64,000 nucleotides of DNA from Pseudomonadota bacterium (GTDB lineage Bacteria; Pseudomonadota; Alphaproteobacteria; Rhizobiales; Beijerinckiaceae). The position numbers were made by a program, and so were the translations under genes. Location of the stretch: positions 3,970 through 67,969 of the forward strand of contig JAFAAP010000145.1 of NCBI GenBank assembly GCA_023426505.1, written 5' to 3'. Of the stretch, positions 1 through 9,001 are shown in pieces. Within the stretch, counting starts at the first letter, position 1. Every line of letters starts with the position of its first letter. Below the pieces are notes generated by a model. The model was not told the DNA's origin and ran no database searches. It saw nothing but the letters and a program-made list of their open reading frames with translations.

Positions 1-390
1 GGCGAGCGCCATGGTGTAGATCGGCGTGATGCCGATGCCGCCCGCGAGCAGCAGGTATTCGGGCCGGCCGCGGCTGAGCTCGAAATGGTTGCCCGGCGTC
101 GAGACGGTGAGCTTCGCGCCCGGCGCGAGGCTCCACATGTAGGCCGAGCCGCCGCGGGTGTCCCCCAACAGCTTTACGGCGATCCGATAGAACCCGTCCG
201 CGCAGGGGCCGACGATCGAGTAGGAGCGCACGTCCGCCCGGCCGCCGATGAGCACCGCGACGTTGATGTGGCTGCCCGGCGTCGGATGCACGAACTCGCC
301 CTCCGGCTCGATTTCGAAGAGCCGGATGTCGGGCGTGAGATCCCGCACGCTCCTCAGGGTCGCACCGCCCCATTCGACAGGCTCGCTCAT
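1..390 (-). CDS. Oxygenase reductase component, phthalate-dioxygenase-reductase/VanB-like (N-terminal part only; 3' end runs off the window)
   Basis: Own minus-strand translation from ATG at 388-390: MSEPVEWGGATLRSVRDLTPDIRLFEIEPEG...RSYSIVG...LLLAGGIGITPIYTMAL. It shows an RxYS flavin motif and a GGIGITP nucleotide-binding motif. It starts 10 nt after the Rieske oxygenase stop. Confidence 0.7.
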   Translation of the reverse strand, partial: MSEPVEWGGATLRSVRDLTPDIRLFEIEPEGEFVHPTPGSHINVAVLIGGRADVRSYSIVGPCADGFYRIAVKLLGDTRGGSAYMWSLAPGAKLTVSTPGNHFELSRGRPEYLLLAGGIGITPIYTMALA

Positions 391-400
391 GGCCGGCGAC

Positions 401-1477
401 CTACTCGGCCGCCTGGCTGGGCACGTGCGGCCTCGGGTGCTCCTCGGCCAGCATCGCGTCGATGAGCTTGCGGGCCCACAGGGCGCCGGCATCGATGTTG
501 AGGTTGTAGAACGGCATGCGCGGATTGCGGTCGATGGCCTTCTGCTGCGCCTCGAGCACTACGTGGTCCTGGTCGTAGACGCCCTTGCCCTCGTTCACGT
601 GCGCCTTCTGGATGTCGCGCGAGAGCTGCTCGTCGTCGGTCCGGAAGGTGCGCGCGAAGTTCCAGAAATAGTGGCAGGTCTTCTCGGTCGCCGGCGTGAT
701 CGCCGCCAGGAACGCGCCGTTGACGCCCTGCGAGCGGTCGCCTTCCGGCGCGCCCGTGCCGGTGACGGCGACGCCGACGTCGCCCACCACGGTGGACGGA
801 GCCTGGAAGTAGATGATCTGCCAGCGGTCCACGTGCTCGCCCGGGCGGTTGAGCTGCTTGGCCCAGAAGGGCGGCGGCTCGATGCCGATCATCCAGCGGG
901 TCACGGTGGCGGTCCGCTCCGTGTGGGTCACGTCGAAGGGCGCGCTGGTGATGGCCTCGTCACCGATGCTGCCCGCATGGACGTAGGTCTCGTGGGTCAG
1001 GTCCATGAGGTTGTCGATCACGAGCCGGTAGTCGCAGCCGAGATCGTAGAAGGTGCCGCCCTCCCCGACCCAATCGGTGCCGTCGTTCCAGTGGAAATCA
1101 GGGATCTTGGCCGGGTCCGCGAGCGCCGGATCGCCCGGCCAGAGCCAGACGAGACGATGGCGCTCGACGACCGGATAGGCGCGAACGCAAGCCGAAGGAT
1201 TGATGGTCTTCTGGGCCGGCATGTAGGTGCAGCGCCCGGCGGCGTTGAAGACGAGGCCGTGATAGCCGCAGACCACCTCGTCGCCCTTGAGGTGTCCCAT
1301 GGAGAGCGGGAGCAGGCGGTGCCAGCAGGCATCCTCCAGCGCCGTGACTTGGCCGTCGGTGCGCCGGTAGAGCACGACGTCATGCTCGCAGATGGTCTTG
1401 GCCGCGAGCTCGTGCTTGATCTCGTGGCTCCAGGCGGCGGCGTACCAGGCGTTCAGGGGAAATGGCTTGGCGTCCAT
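401..1477 (-). CDS. Rieske [2Fe-2S] aromatic-ring oxygenase/O-demethylase, VanA-like alpha subunit
   Basis: 358-aa ORF. Rieske motif CWHRLLPLSMGH...VCGYHG (CxH...CxxH), followed by a non-heme iron catalytic domain of VanA-like length. Coupled to the downstream reductase gene. Confidence 0.85.
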   Translation of the reverse strand: MDAKPFPLNAWYAAAWSHEIKHELAAKTICEHDVVLYRRTDGQVTALEDACWHRLLPLSMGHLKGDEVVCGYHGLVFNAAGRCTYMPAQKTINPSACVRAYPVVERHRLVWLWPGDPALADPAKIPDFHWNDGTDWVGEGGTFYDLGCDYRLVIDNLMDLTHETYVHAGSIGDEAITSAPFDVTHTERTATVTRWMIGIEPPPFWAKQLNRPGEHVDRWQIIYFQAPSTVVGDVGVAVTGTGAPEGDRSQGVNGAFLAAITPATEKTCHYFWNFARTFRTDDEQLSRDIQKAHVNEGKGVYDQDHVVLEAQQKAIDRNPRMPFYNLNIDAGALWARKLIDAMLAEEHPRPHVPSQAAE

Positions 1478-1503
1478 GTTTGTTTCCTCCGTTGGGGACA
1501 GAG

Positions 1504-1598
1504 TGTATACAGGCCTTCCCTTGCGGCAAGCCTACTCGCCCGCAAAATCGTTGCTGCGCCGCAGCAATGGAGGCGGATATGGGGTCTTATGTATACAT
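1504..1598. promoter_or_regulatory. Two TGTATACA-core palindromes (1504-1511; ATGTATACAT 1589-1598) upstream of the Rieske oxygenase gene; candidate operator sites
   Basis: Perfect AT-rich palindromes read directly in the 1478-1736 intergenic region of a GC-rich genome. The GT-N-AC core resembles GntR-type operators. A third palindrome, TTGCTGCGcCGCAGCAA, lies at 1551-1567. Confidence 0.3.
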
Positions 1599-1736
1599 AG
1601 TCCTGGGATAGGAGTGTCTCGGTCTCTGCGGCTCAAGGAAGAGACCGCCCGCCTGCTCGAGCAGAAGGCCGCCTGAGCGGCGATCTTGGGAGAGGCCGCC
1701 ACGGGTCCGTCGGCGGCGCTTCCGGGCGCGGGGCGC

Positions 1737-2831
1737 CTAGGTCCGGCGCCGCACCAGGGCGAAGACCGGCGCCGCCCCGATCATGACGAGGAAGACCCGG
1801 ATGATGTGATGGGCCGCCACGAAGGCGACCTCGATGCCGAGCGAGAGCGCCACAAGGCTCATCTCCGCGAGACCGCCGGGCGAGTAGGCGAGCAGCAGGG
1901 TCACCTCGCTGTAGGACGAGAGGCGGCTCACGCCCGCCGCGGACGCGAAGGTGATGGTGAGCAGGAGGATCGTCGATCCGAGCGACAGCACGAGAATGCG
2001 CAGGATCTCCCGGGGCAGGATGCCGGCGAACCGGCAGCCGATGGTGGTGCCGAGCACGAGCTGCGCGGCGGTGACGATTTCCACGGCAGGCACGAAATGC
2101 GTCAGGCCCGAGATGTGGACGGCCGCACTGACCAGCATCGGCCCGAGCAGAAGACGCGCGGGCAAGCGGAGAAAATGACCCGCAAGGCTGCCCACCAGGG
2201 CCGTGCCCAGGAGCCAGGCCTCCTCGGTCCAGGGCGTCTGCGTGATCGACACGCCGAATTGCGGCCGCGCCCCGACGACGACGCCGCTGGTCAGCCAGAT
2301 CAGGAACGGCAGAGTGAGCACCACGAGGAGGACGCGGGCCGAATGGACGAGCGCGATCAGGCGGGGATCGCCGCCCTTGTCCTCTCCGACGATCACCATC
2401 TCGACGAGCCCGCCGGGCATCCCGGAGAAATAGGCGGTCGGCATGTCGAAGCCCGCCACCCGGCGGAAATAGAGCACGCAGGCGGCGCCGCTCACGGCCA
2501 CGAAGGCCATCAGGCCCAGGATCGTCGGCAGCCAGTGGGTGGCGCTCTCGACGACCTGGGGCGTGAAGCCTGCGCCCAGCATTACGCCGATGATCATCGT
2601 CATCGGCGGCCGCACCGTTCCGGGCGCCTTAATGGGTGCCCGCAGGAGCGCCGCCAGGGTGCAGGCCGTCATGGAGCCGAGCATCCACGGCAGCGGCAGG
2701 CTCAAGCGGAGGAAGATCCAGCCGCCGAGGGCGCCGATCAGCAGGGCCGCCAGGAAGCGGCCGTAGGGGAACACGGAGGGCTTGAGGCTCCTGAACCAGT
2801 TCCGGCACGACGCGGCGAGTTCGGAGACCAT
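1737..2831 (-). CDS. AbrB-family (AbrB duplication, COG3180-like) integral membrane protein
   Basis: 364-aa polytopic hydrophobic ORF (…LLIGALGGWIFLRLSLPLPWMLGSM…) with internal duplication typical of this family. Confidence 0.7.
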   Translation of the reverse strand: MVSELAASCRNWFRSLKPSVFPYGRFLAALLIGALGGWIFLRLSLPLPWMLGSMTACTLAALLRAPIKAPGTVRPPMTMIIGVMLGAGFTPQVVESATHWLPTILGLMAFVAVSGAACVLYFRRVAGFDMPTAYFSGMPGGLVEMVIVGEDKGGDPRLIALVHSARVLLVVLTLPFLIWLTSGVVVGARPQFGVSITQTPWTEEAWLLGTALVGSLAGHFLRLPARLLLGPMLVSAAVHISGLTHFVPAVEIVTAAQLVLGTTIGCRFAGILPREILRILVLSLGSTILLLTITFASAAGVSRLSSYSEVTLLLAYSPGGLAEMSLVALSLGIEVAFVAAHHIIRVFLVMIGAAPVFALVRRRT

Positions 2832-2865
2832 CGTTCCTCAGCTCCGGCAGGGCCGGGGCCGGCCC

Positions 2866-3696
2866 CTAAAATCCGGTGAAGCCGGTGTCGAACGAGTAGG
2901 AGACCGTCAGGCCGAGGCCGAACTGGTTCTCGTCGCCGAAGCGCTTGACGATCGGGCTGTCGGCGGCATCGCCCACGAGGCGCTTGTAGGTCACGAAGGC
3001 GGTGGTCGACCATTGCGGCGACCATTCGTAGGTCACGCCGGTGGTCAGGCCGACCGAGGTGAGGCCGCCGGACGGACGATAGGGAACGACCTGGCCGTTG
3101 ATCGCCGCCTCGAGCGGCGTCACGCCGAAATAGGTCCGGGTGAACTCGCTGTCGCCCAGCGCCAGGCGCGGGCCGACCGAGACCGTGAAGGCCCCGAAGC
3201 GCTGGACGAGGTCGAGGCCGAGATCGGCCACGAAGCCTTCATGGCCGCCGACGCCGCGGCGCAGCTCGGCGCGGGCGCGCAGGAACTCCACCGGCCAGTA
3301 CTCGACAAAGACGCCCGGCTCGACCGCCCAATCGACTTTGGAGAGGCCGAAGAGGCGGCGGTCGTCCTGATAATAGCGTCCCCCCTGGAAGCGGCCCACG
3401 AAGCCGACCCGGACGGCCGATTCCTCCAGGAGCGAGAAGCTCAGGCCATCGTCCGGCGCGCTGAAGCGCTCGGGAGTGCCGGAGCGGCGGAAGCTGACCG
3501 ACGGAAAGCCCACGACGCTGAAATCGTCCGCGCCCGGATAGGACGGCCCGACCCTCAGATTGCCCTTAATGGTGGCGATCCAGCTCGCGGAAGCGACGGG
3601 CGCCTGGGTGAAGAGCAGGTCCGCGGCCTGGGCCGGGGCGAGCGACGCGCCCATGGCGAGGAACGGCACGAGGGCAAAAATTCTGGAAAGGCGCAT
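2866..3696 (-). CDS. MipA/OmpV-family outer-membrane beta-barrel protein
   Basis: Start trimmed to MRLSRIFALVPFLAMGASLAPAQA (signal peptide). The body has alternating beta-strand character and a C-terminal ...YSFDTGFTGF (terminal Phe). The rest of the 608-aa track ORF is alternate-frame read-through. Confidence 0.75.
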   Translation of the reverse strand: MRLSRIFALVPFLAMGASLAPAQAADLLFTQAPVASASWIATIKGNLRVGPSYPGADDFSVVGFPSVSFRRSGTPERFSAPDDGLSFSLLEESAVRVGFVGRFQGGRYYQDDRRLFGLSKVDWAVEPGVFVEYWPVEFLRARAELRRGVGGHEGFVADLGLDLVQRFGAFTVSVGPRLALGDSEFTRTYFGVTPLEAAINGQVVPYRPSGGLTSVGLTTGVTYEWSPQWSTTAFVTYKRLVGDAADSPIVKRFGDENQFGLGLTVSYSFDTGFTGF

Positions 3697-3900
3697 GTCG
3701 GTTCCTGCTTCGGCTGCGGTTGAGCCCTCGTGGCCGCAAAATTCCGTAAGGTCAAGCATGATCGGCGAAGCGGCGAGTGGTCCGCAAGGCCGGGAGACGC
3801 ATCGATACACAATCCAGGTTTCCGATTTCTTTCCGCGCCCTCGCGCAGCGTCAGGGCAGGCGCTATAGGCAGATGCATCGCAGCAGGAGAACACGCGGTC

Positions 3901-4818
3901 ATGGTGGGTATCGGCATCATCGGTCTCGGCGTCATGGGCCGGCGCTTCATCACCGGGCTCAAGGCGAACCCGGATTTTTCGATTGTCGGCGCCTACGATC
4001 CCGCGCCGGCCGCGGTCGACGTGCCGCGCGTGGAGAGCGTCGCGGCGCTTCTCTCCGACCCGGCGGTCGCCTGCATCTACATCGCGACCCCGCCGGCGAC
4101 CCACGAGGAGCTCGTCCGGGCCGTGGTCGAAGCCGGCAAGGCGGTGTTCTGTGAAAAGCCCCTGACGGCCGATCCCGGGAGCGCGCGTCGCTGTCTCGCG
4201 GCGGTGGAGCGCGCCGGCGTGCCGGCGGCCGTGAACTTTCCCTTCGCGACGGCGCCCGCCGCCGTACGCATGAAGGAGCTGGTCGAGACCGGCGCCCTCG
4301 GGGAGGACCTTTCGGCCCATCTCACCTTGCGCTTCCGCACCTGGCCGCGGGGCTGGCAGCAGGGCGCGGCCGGTTGGCTCGCCGGTCCCGAGCAGGGCGG
4401 ATTCACCCGCGAGGTCGTGTCCCACTTCATGTTCCTGGCCGGCCGCCTGTTCGGGCCGGGCAGGATCGTCGAGAAGCAGGTCGAGCGTGGCCCCAACGGG
4501 AGCGAGACGCGCCTGCACACCGTGCTGCAATTCGCGAAGGCGCGGATGACCATCGATGCGGCGGTCGCAGGCGAGGCCGAGGAGTTCAATCGTTTCGAGG
4601 TGAAAGGGTCGAAGGACATCGCCGTGATGAGCGAGTGGTACCGGCTGACCCATTCGGGCGGCGACATCGAGCCGGCTCGCGCCGACGGGCATCAGATCGC
4701 GGAGCTCGCCAGGCTGCTTTCCGGACAGAAAAGCCGCCTCGCGACGTTCGAAGAGGCGGCCGATGTGGTCGATCTCATCGAAGGAATTCTGGCGGCTTCA
4801 GGCCAAGCGACGGCCTGA
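3901..4818 (+). CDS. Gfo/Idh/MocA-family NAD(P)-dependent oxidoreductase
   Basis: Start trimmed to MVGIGIIGLGVMGRR (Rossmann GxGxxG). The EKP motif (VFCEKPL) typical of the family is present. Confidence 0.85.
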   Translation: MVGIGIIGLGVMGRRFITGLKANPDFSIVGAYDPAPAAVDVPRVESVAALLSDPAVACIYIATPPATHEELVRAVVEAGKAVFCEKPLTADPGSARRCLAAVERAGVPAAVNFPFATAPAAVRMKELVETGALGEDLSAHLTLRFRTWPRGWQQGAAGWLAGPEQGGFTREVVSHFMFLAGRLFGPGRIVEKQVERGPNGSETRLHTVLQFAKARMTIDAAVAGEAEEFNRFEVKGSKDIAVMSEWYRLTHSGGDIEPARADGHQIAELARLLSGQKSRLATFEEAADVVDLIEGILAASGQATA

Positions 4819-4867
4819 AGCTTCTCGAGACGCAGCGCCGCTGCCGCACCCTGGCTCCGGGGGTCGT

Positions 4868-5194
4868 CTACCAGCCGCGCTGGCGCTTGATCATCTGCTT
4901 CTGCGTGTCCTTCTGGGCCCGCCAGTAATCCTTCTCCGCCTCCTTCTGCATCCGGTAATAGTCCCGGACCCGCTCCTTGCGGCTGGTGGCGTCGCGATAC
5001 TGTTTCCAGTCGTAGTGCCGGTCGTGGATGGACGCGTCGTCCTCGCTGTCGATGGAGAACTGGAAGAACTGCGCCGGGACGGCGACCGGACCGAGCTCGG
5101 ATAGGGACGCGGCCGGAAGGGCGGATGCCTGGACGACGCCGAGGCAGAAGCCGGCTACGATGGCTGTCAGGACGAGGTGATTCATCCGTGTCAT
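4868..5194 (-). CDS. Small secreted hypothetical protein (signal peptide, Lys/Arg/Gln-rich C-terminus)
   Basis: 108-aa ORF with GGAGA RBS about 9 nt upstream. N-terminal hydrophobic segment LVLTAIVAGFCLGVVQASA. Lies 19 nt downstream of the serine hydrolase gene. Confidence 0.5.
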   Translation of the reverse strand: MTRMNHLVLTAIVAGFCLGVVQASALPAASLSELGPVAVPAQFFQFSIDSEDDASIHDRHYDWKQYRDATSRKERVRDYYRMQKEAEKDYWRAQKDTQKQMIKRQRGW

Positions 5195-5213
5195 GTGACT
5201 CGTCTCCTGTCCG

Positions 5214-6770
5214 TCACTGCTGACGCTTGAAGACCTGCGGCAGAGTCGGCGAGATCCAGTTCATGGCCTTCACCGCGCCATGGTCGTCCCGCTCGAACCG
5301 AACCTGTGTGACGACCTCGTCGCCCAGCATGGCGACGATGGGCGCATAGGCTCCGGCAGGGTCGAGATGCGCGTCGAAGAGATCATCGTCGCGGATGGTC
5401 AGGATCAGCACAGCCTCCGTATCCTCGAGCTTCAGCCGAAGCTTCGGGCCTTCGACGCTGACCGTGGCGTCGCCCAGAAGCGGCGAGGTGTAGGTTCCGG
5501 CCAGGTTCGCCGCGGCCTGGGCGGGAGCTTCGACCGAAGGCGCGGCGTTCTCCTGGTCGGCGACCTTCCTCGCGTGAGCCGCCTGGAGAGCGAGCGCCAC
5601 GTTGTCGACGGCATCGTTGCCGAGGAGGCGATCGTAGAACCATTGCGCGGCCGCGTCGGGAAAACCCTGATTCTGCGCATTGGTGAGAACGACCACGCCG
5701 ACGCCGCGGTCGGGCAGGAAGCCGATATGGGCGCCGAAGCCCATGGTGCCGCCGTTGTGCCAGATGATCCGTCCGTTCGGGGTCGAGGTGACGACCCAGC
5801 CGAGAGCATAGGAAATCCGCTCGTTCATGGCGACGCGGGGGGTCCAGGTCGCGTCGAGGTTTTTCTCGGAGACGACGATCCTGTTCTCGAACTGACCGCG
5901 CCCGAGCTGCATGCGGAGCCATTGCGAGACATCGGGCACGTTGGAGTTGATGCCGCCGGCCGGACCATGAATGTAGGGAAAGGATTCGTGGAACGGGATG
6001 ACGACGGTGGCGTCCTTGTCCTGGCGGTGGCCGGTGGCATGGTCGGGCGCCGCCTCGATGGCCGCCGCCGAGGTCGTGGACGAGGTCATGCCGAGGGGCT
6101 CGAAGAGGCCCTTCCTGACCACGTCGCCCCAGGACGGCACGCCCATCTTCCGCGCCAGGATCATCCCGCCGGCCATATGGGTGATGTTGGTGTAGGTGAA
6201 GTCGGAGCGGAACGTCAGCGTCAGGGGCGCGCCGCGCAAGGAGCGGACGAGCGTTGTGGCGTCATAGCCGAGTGCGGTCAGGCCATCGTTGACGTAGGGC
6301 GTCAGCCCGCTGCGCTGGGCGGCGAGATCGACGACGCGGAAGTCGCGTCCGACCCAGAGGTCGCTCAGCTGGAATTCCGGCAGGAGGTCGGAGACGCGGT
6401 CGCTCCATTCGAGCTTGCCCGCATCGACCGCCTGGGCCAGCGTCGCGCTGAAGAAGGCCTTGGTGGTCGAGCCGATCTGGAAGATCGTGGCGGGATTCAC
6501 CGGATCCGGCTTGCTCAGCTCCTTCACGCCGAACGCCTTCATGTAGATGAGCCTGTCGTCGTGCACGATGCCGACGGCGGCGCCCGGTACGTGGAAGCCT
6601 TTCATGCCGGTCTGGAGATAGGCTTCGAATTCCGGGATCAGCCTGTCGATCCGCTCGCGCATGACCGATGGGCCGGCGCCCTGCTGCGCCTGCGCCGGAG
6701 AGGTCGCCGCGCCCGCAAGAGCCAGAGCTGCGGCAAGAGCCGAAATCCGCATCGACCTGAGGTTCGACAT
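5214..6770 (-). CDS. Secreted serine hydrolase of the beta-lactamase/PBP (class C-like) family with C-terminal extension
   Basis: Signal peptide MSNLRSMRISALAAALALAGAATSPAQA. SxxK motif in FQIGSTTKAF. 518 aa. Confidence 0.85.
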   Translation of the reverse strand: MSNLRSMRISALAAALALAGAATSPAQAQQGAGPSVMRERIDRLIPEFEAYLQTGMKGFHVPGAAVGIVHDDRLIYMKAFGVKELSKPDPVNPATIFQIGSTTKAFFSATLAQAVDAGKLEWSDRVSDLLPEFQLSDLWVGRDFRVVDLAAQRSGLTPYVNDGLTALGYDATTLVRSLRGAPLTLTFRSDFTYTNITHMAGGMILARKMGVPSWGDVVRKGLFEPLGMTSSTTSAAAIEAAPDHATGHRQDKDATVVIPFHESFPYIHGPAGGINSNVPDVSQWLRMQLGRGQFENRIVVSEKNLDATWTPRVAMNERISYALGWVVTSTPNGRIIWHNGGTMGFGAHIGFLPDRGVGVVVLTNAQNQGFPDAAAQWFYDRLLGNDAVDNVALALQAAHARKVADQENAAPSVEAPAQAAANLAGTYTSPLLGDATVSVEGPKLRLKLEDTEAVLILTIRDDDLFDAHLDPAGAYAPIVAMLGDEVVTQVRFERDDHGAVKAMNWISPTLPQVFKRQQ

Positions 6771-6911
6771 CAGCGCCCCCTCGTCCGTTTATGGCGATCG
6801 GCGCGATGGTGTCAGAATTCCGCCGCATCCTCAATGCGGAGCGGCGAAAATCCTGGATCGTATTCCTATGTCTCTCCCGTCCGCCGAAGGACGGGAGAGA
6901 CGGTCGGTGTC

Positions 6912-7853
6912 CTACAGAGGCTTCAGGCCCGCCTCGATCTCGGCCCGGCGCGGCTCCAGGAAGGGCGGCAGGGCGAGGCGCTCACCCAAGCTCTCCATCG
7001 GCTCGTCGGTGGCGAAGCCCGGGCCGTCCGTGGCGATCTCGAACAGGATTCCGTTCGGCTCGCGGAAATAGAGGCTCTTGAAGTAGTAGCGGTCGACCGG
7101 TCCGCTCGACGGCGCGCGCATCGCCCGCAGGCGCTCGGCGCATTCCCGGTAGGTTTCGTCGTTCGGCGTGCGGAACGCCACGTGGTGCACGCCGCCCGCG
7201 CCCGGCTGGGCGGGATCGAGATGCGGCTCCACCGCCACGTGCAGTTCGGCTGACGGCCCGCCCTCGCCCATCTCGAACACATGGACCGGGGTGTCGCCGG
7301 AGCGGTATTCCCGCGCGGCGCGCATGTCCATGCCCATGGTGAGCACCGCCGCCGTGCGGTCGATCCGCGGCACGCTGATGGTGATGGGGCCGAGGCCCCG
7401 GATCTGGTGCTCGGCCGGGACAGGGCTGCGCTCCCACGGATGGGCCTCGTCGCCGCGTCCGCCGTCGTCCACCATGGCGAGGCGCTGGCCTTCCGGATCC
7501 TCGAAGGAGAGCCACAGGCGGCCTTCGCGCTCGACGATGCCCTGGTGCGGAACGCGCAGCGAATCGAACCGCTCCTTCCACCATTGCAGGGTCTTCTCGC
7601 CGTTCACCCGCATGGCGGTGTTGACAATGCTGTGCGTGCCGCGCCGCTCGCGCTCCACCGGCCAGTCGAAGAACGTAATGTCCGTGCCGGGCGACGCGAG
7701 CCCGTCGGCGTAGAACAGGTGATAGGCGGAGACGTCGTCCTGGTTCACGGTCTTCTTCACGAGGCGCAGGCCGAGCGCCTGGGTGTAGAAGGCATGGTTG
7801 CCGGCGGCGTTCGCCGTGACGGCGGTGAGGTGATGGATTCCGGTCAGCTTCAT
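6912..7853 (-). CDS. VOC/glyoxalase-family ring-cleaving dioxygenase-like protein (two-domain)
   Basis: Start trimmed to [40 protein letters not shown]..., the typical N-terminus of this family. A second VOC repeat is visible ([14 protein letters not shown]). Confidence 0.8.
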   Translation of the reverse strand: MKLTGIHHLTAVTANAAGNHAFYTQALGLRLVKKTVNQDDVSAYHLFYADGLASPGTDITFFDWPVERERRGTHSIVNTAMRVNGEKTLQWWKERFDSLRVPHQGIVEREGRLWLSFEDPEGQRLAMVDDGGRGDEAHPWERSPVPAEHQIRGLGPITISVPRIDRTAAVLTMGMDMRAAREYRSGDTPVHVFEMGEGGPSAELHVAVEPHLDPAQPGAGGVHHVAFRTPNDETYRECAERLRAMRAPSSGPVDRYYFKSLYFREPNGILFEIATDGPGFATDEPMESLGERLALPPFLEPRRAEIEAGLKPL

Positions 7854-7972
7854 GACGTGCTCCTTGTCTGTCTGCCTGGAAGATAAGGTTGCAGACTTGC
7901 AAGCGCGACCCCATGGTTCGCCAATGAACGCTTGCCGAAACGCAAAGTCGACGAGGCCAGACGGGCGAAAAA

Positions 7973-9001
7973 TCACCTCTTCTCGGCAAAGACCTCGTCA
8001 TAGGCGAACAGCGCGACGCTGCCGCCGGTGTGCCAGAACAGGACCCGATTGCCCTGCGCGAAGCGTCCCTCGCGCACGAGGGCGATCAGACCGGCCATCG
8101 CCTTGCCGGTATAGACCGGATCGAGCAGAAGCCCTTCCGTCCGGGCGGCGAGATCCACCGCCTCCCGCATCGCCTCAGTCGGCAGCCCGTAGCCGGGGCC
8201 GACGAAGCGGTCATCCACCTGGATTTCGGGATCGTGCTCGACCCCGATCAGCGCGGCGGTGCTCTTGACGAGCATCCGCACGCGCTCCGTTGCGGCGTCG
8301 CGGGCACGGCTCACGCTGATGCCGATGACCGGAATCGCCGCGTCGCAGGCGGCGAGGCCGAGCGCGAGACCGGCATGGGTTCCGCCGCTGCCGGTGGCCA
8401 GGACCACATGGCTGAAGGACTGGCCCAGCATCACGGCTTGGTCCACCACCTCGGCGGCCGCATCCACATAGGCGCGGGCGCCGACCGCATTCGAGCCGCC
8501 CACCGGGATCACGTAGGGCCGCTCGCCCTCGGCCGCATGGGATGCCGCGACCTCCGCCATGGCGGCATCCGGATCGGCGCTTCCGTCGTAGAAGCGAATG
8601 TCGGCCCCGAAGAGCCGGTCGAGGAGCAGGTTCGCACCGCCGTGATAGGCCGCGCCCCGGCCCGGCACGGAATCGGTCAGGACCAGGGTGCAGCGCAGGC
8701 CGAGCCGGGCCGCCGCGGCCGCGGTCTGGCGCGCGTGGTTCGACTGGATGCCGCCGGCGGTCACGATCCGGTCGGCTTTCCGAGCCATGGCCTCGGCCAT
8801 CAGGTATTCGAGCTTGCGGGCCTTGTTGCCGCCTCCCGCCAGCCCCGTGCAGTCGTCCCGCTTCACCCAGATTTCCGGGCCGCCGAGGGCGCGCGACAGG
8901 GCGGGCAGCGGCTCGAGCGGAGTGGGCAGATGCGCCAGCGGCACCTTGTGCTGCGTCCCCGGATGGTCGGCACTCTTCATGTCCCGCTCCTCGTGTCTCA
9001 C
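7973..9001 (-). CDS. PLP-dependent D-cysteine desulfhydrase / ACC-deaminase-family enzyme (DcyD-like)
   Basis: [13 protein letters not shown]...[27 protein letters not shown]...[22 protein letters not shown] matches the DcyD/AcdS fold-type II signature, including the lysine in GGNKxRKLE. The start may instead be the internal Met at 8980. Overlaps the upstream gene stop by 4 nt. Confidence 0.8.
   Translation of the reverse strand: MRHEERDMKSADHPGTQHKVPLAHLPTPLEPLPALSRALGGPEIWVKRDDCTGLAGGGNKARKLEYLMAEAMARKADRIVTAGGIQSNHARQTAAAAARLGLRCTLVLTDSVPGRGAAYHGGANLLLDRLFGADIRFYDGSADPDAAMAEVAASHAAEGERPYVIPVGGSNAVGARAYVDAAAEVVDQAVMLGQSFSHVVLATGSGGTHAGLALGLAACDAAIPVIGISVSRARDAATERVRMLVKSTAALIGVEHDPEIQVDDRFVGPGYGLPTEAMREAVDLAARTEGLLLDPVYTGKAMAGLIALVREGRFAQGNRVLFWHTGGSVALFAYDEVFAEKR

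Noticed and set aside
5280-7253. 657-aa plus-strand ORF overlapping the serine hydrolase and VOC genes
   Set aside because: It is antisense to two ORFs with clear family motifs (STTK serine hydrolase, VOC dioxygenase). Its translation is Arg/Gly/Asp/Val-rich with no recognisable domain. This is a typical high-GC antisense artefact.
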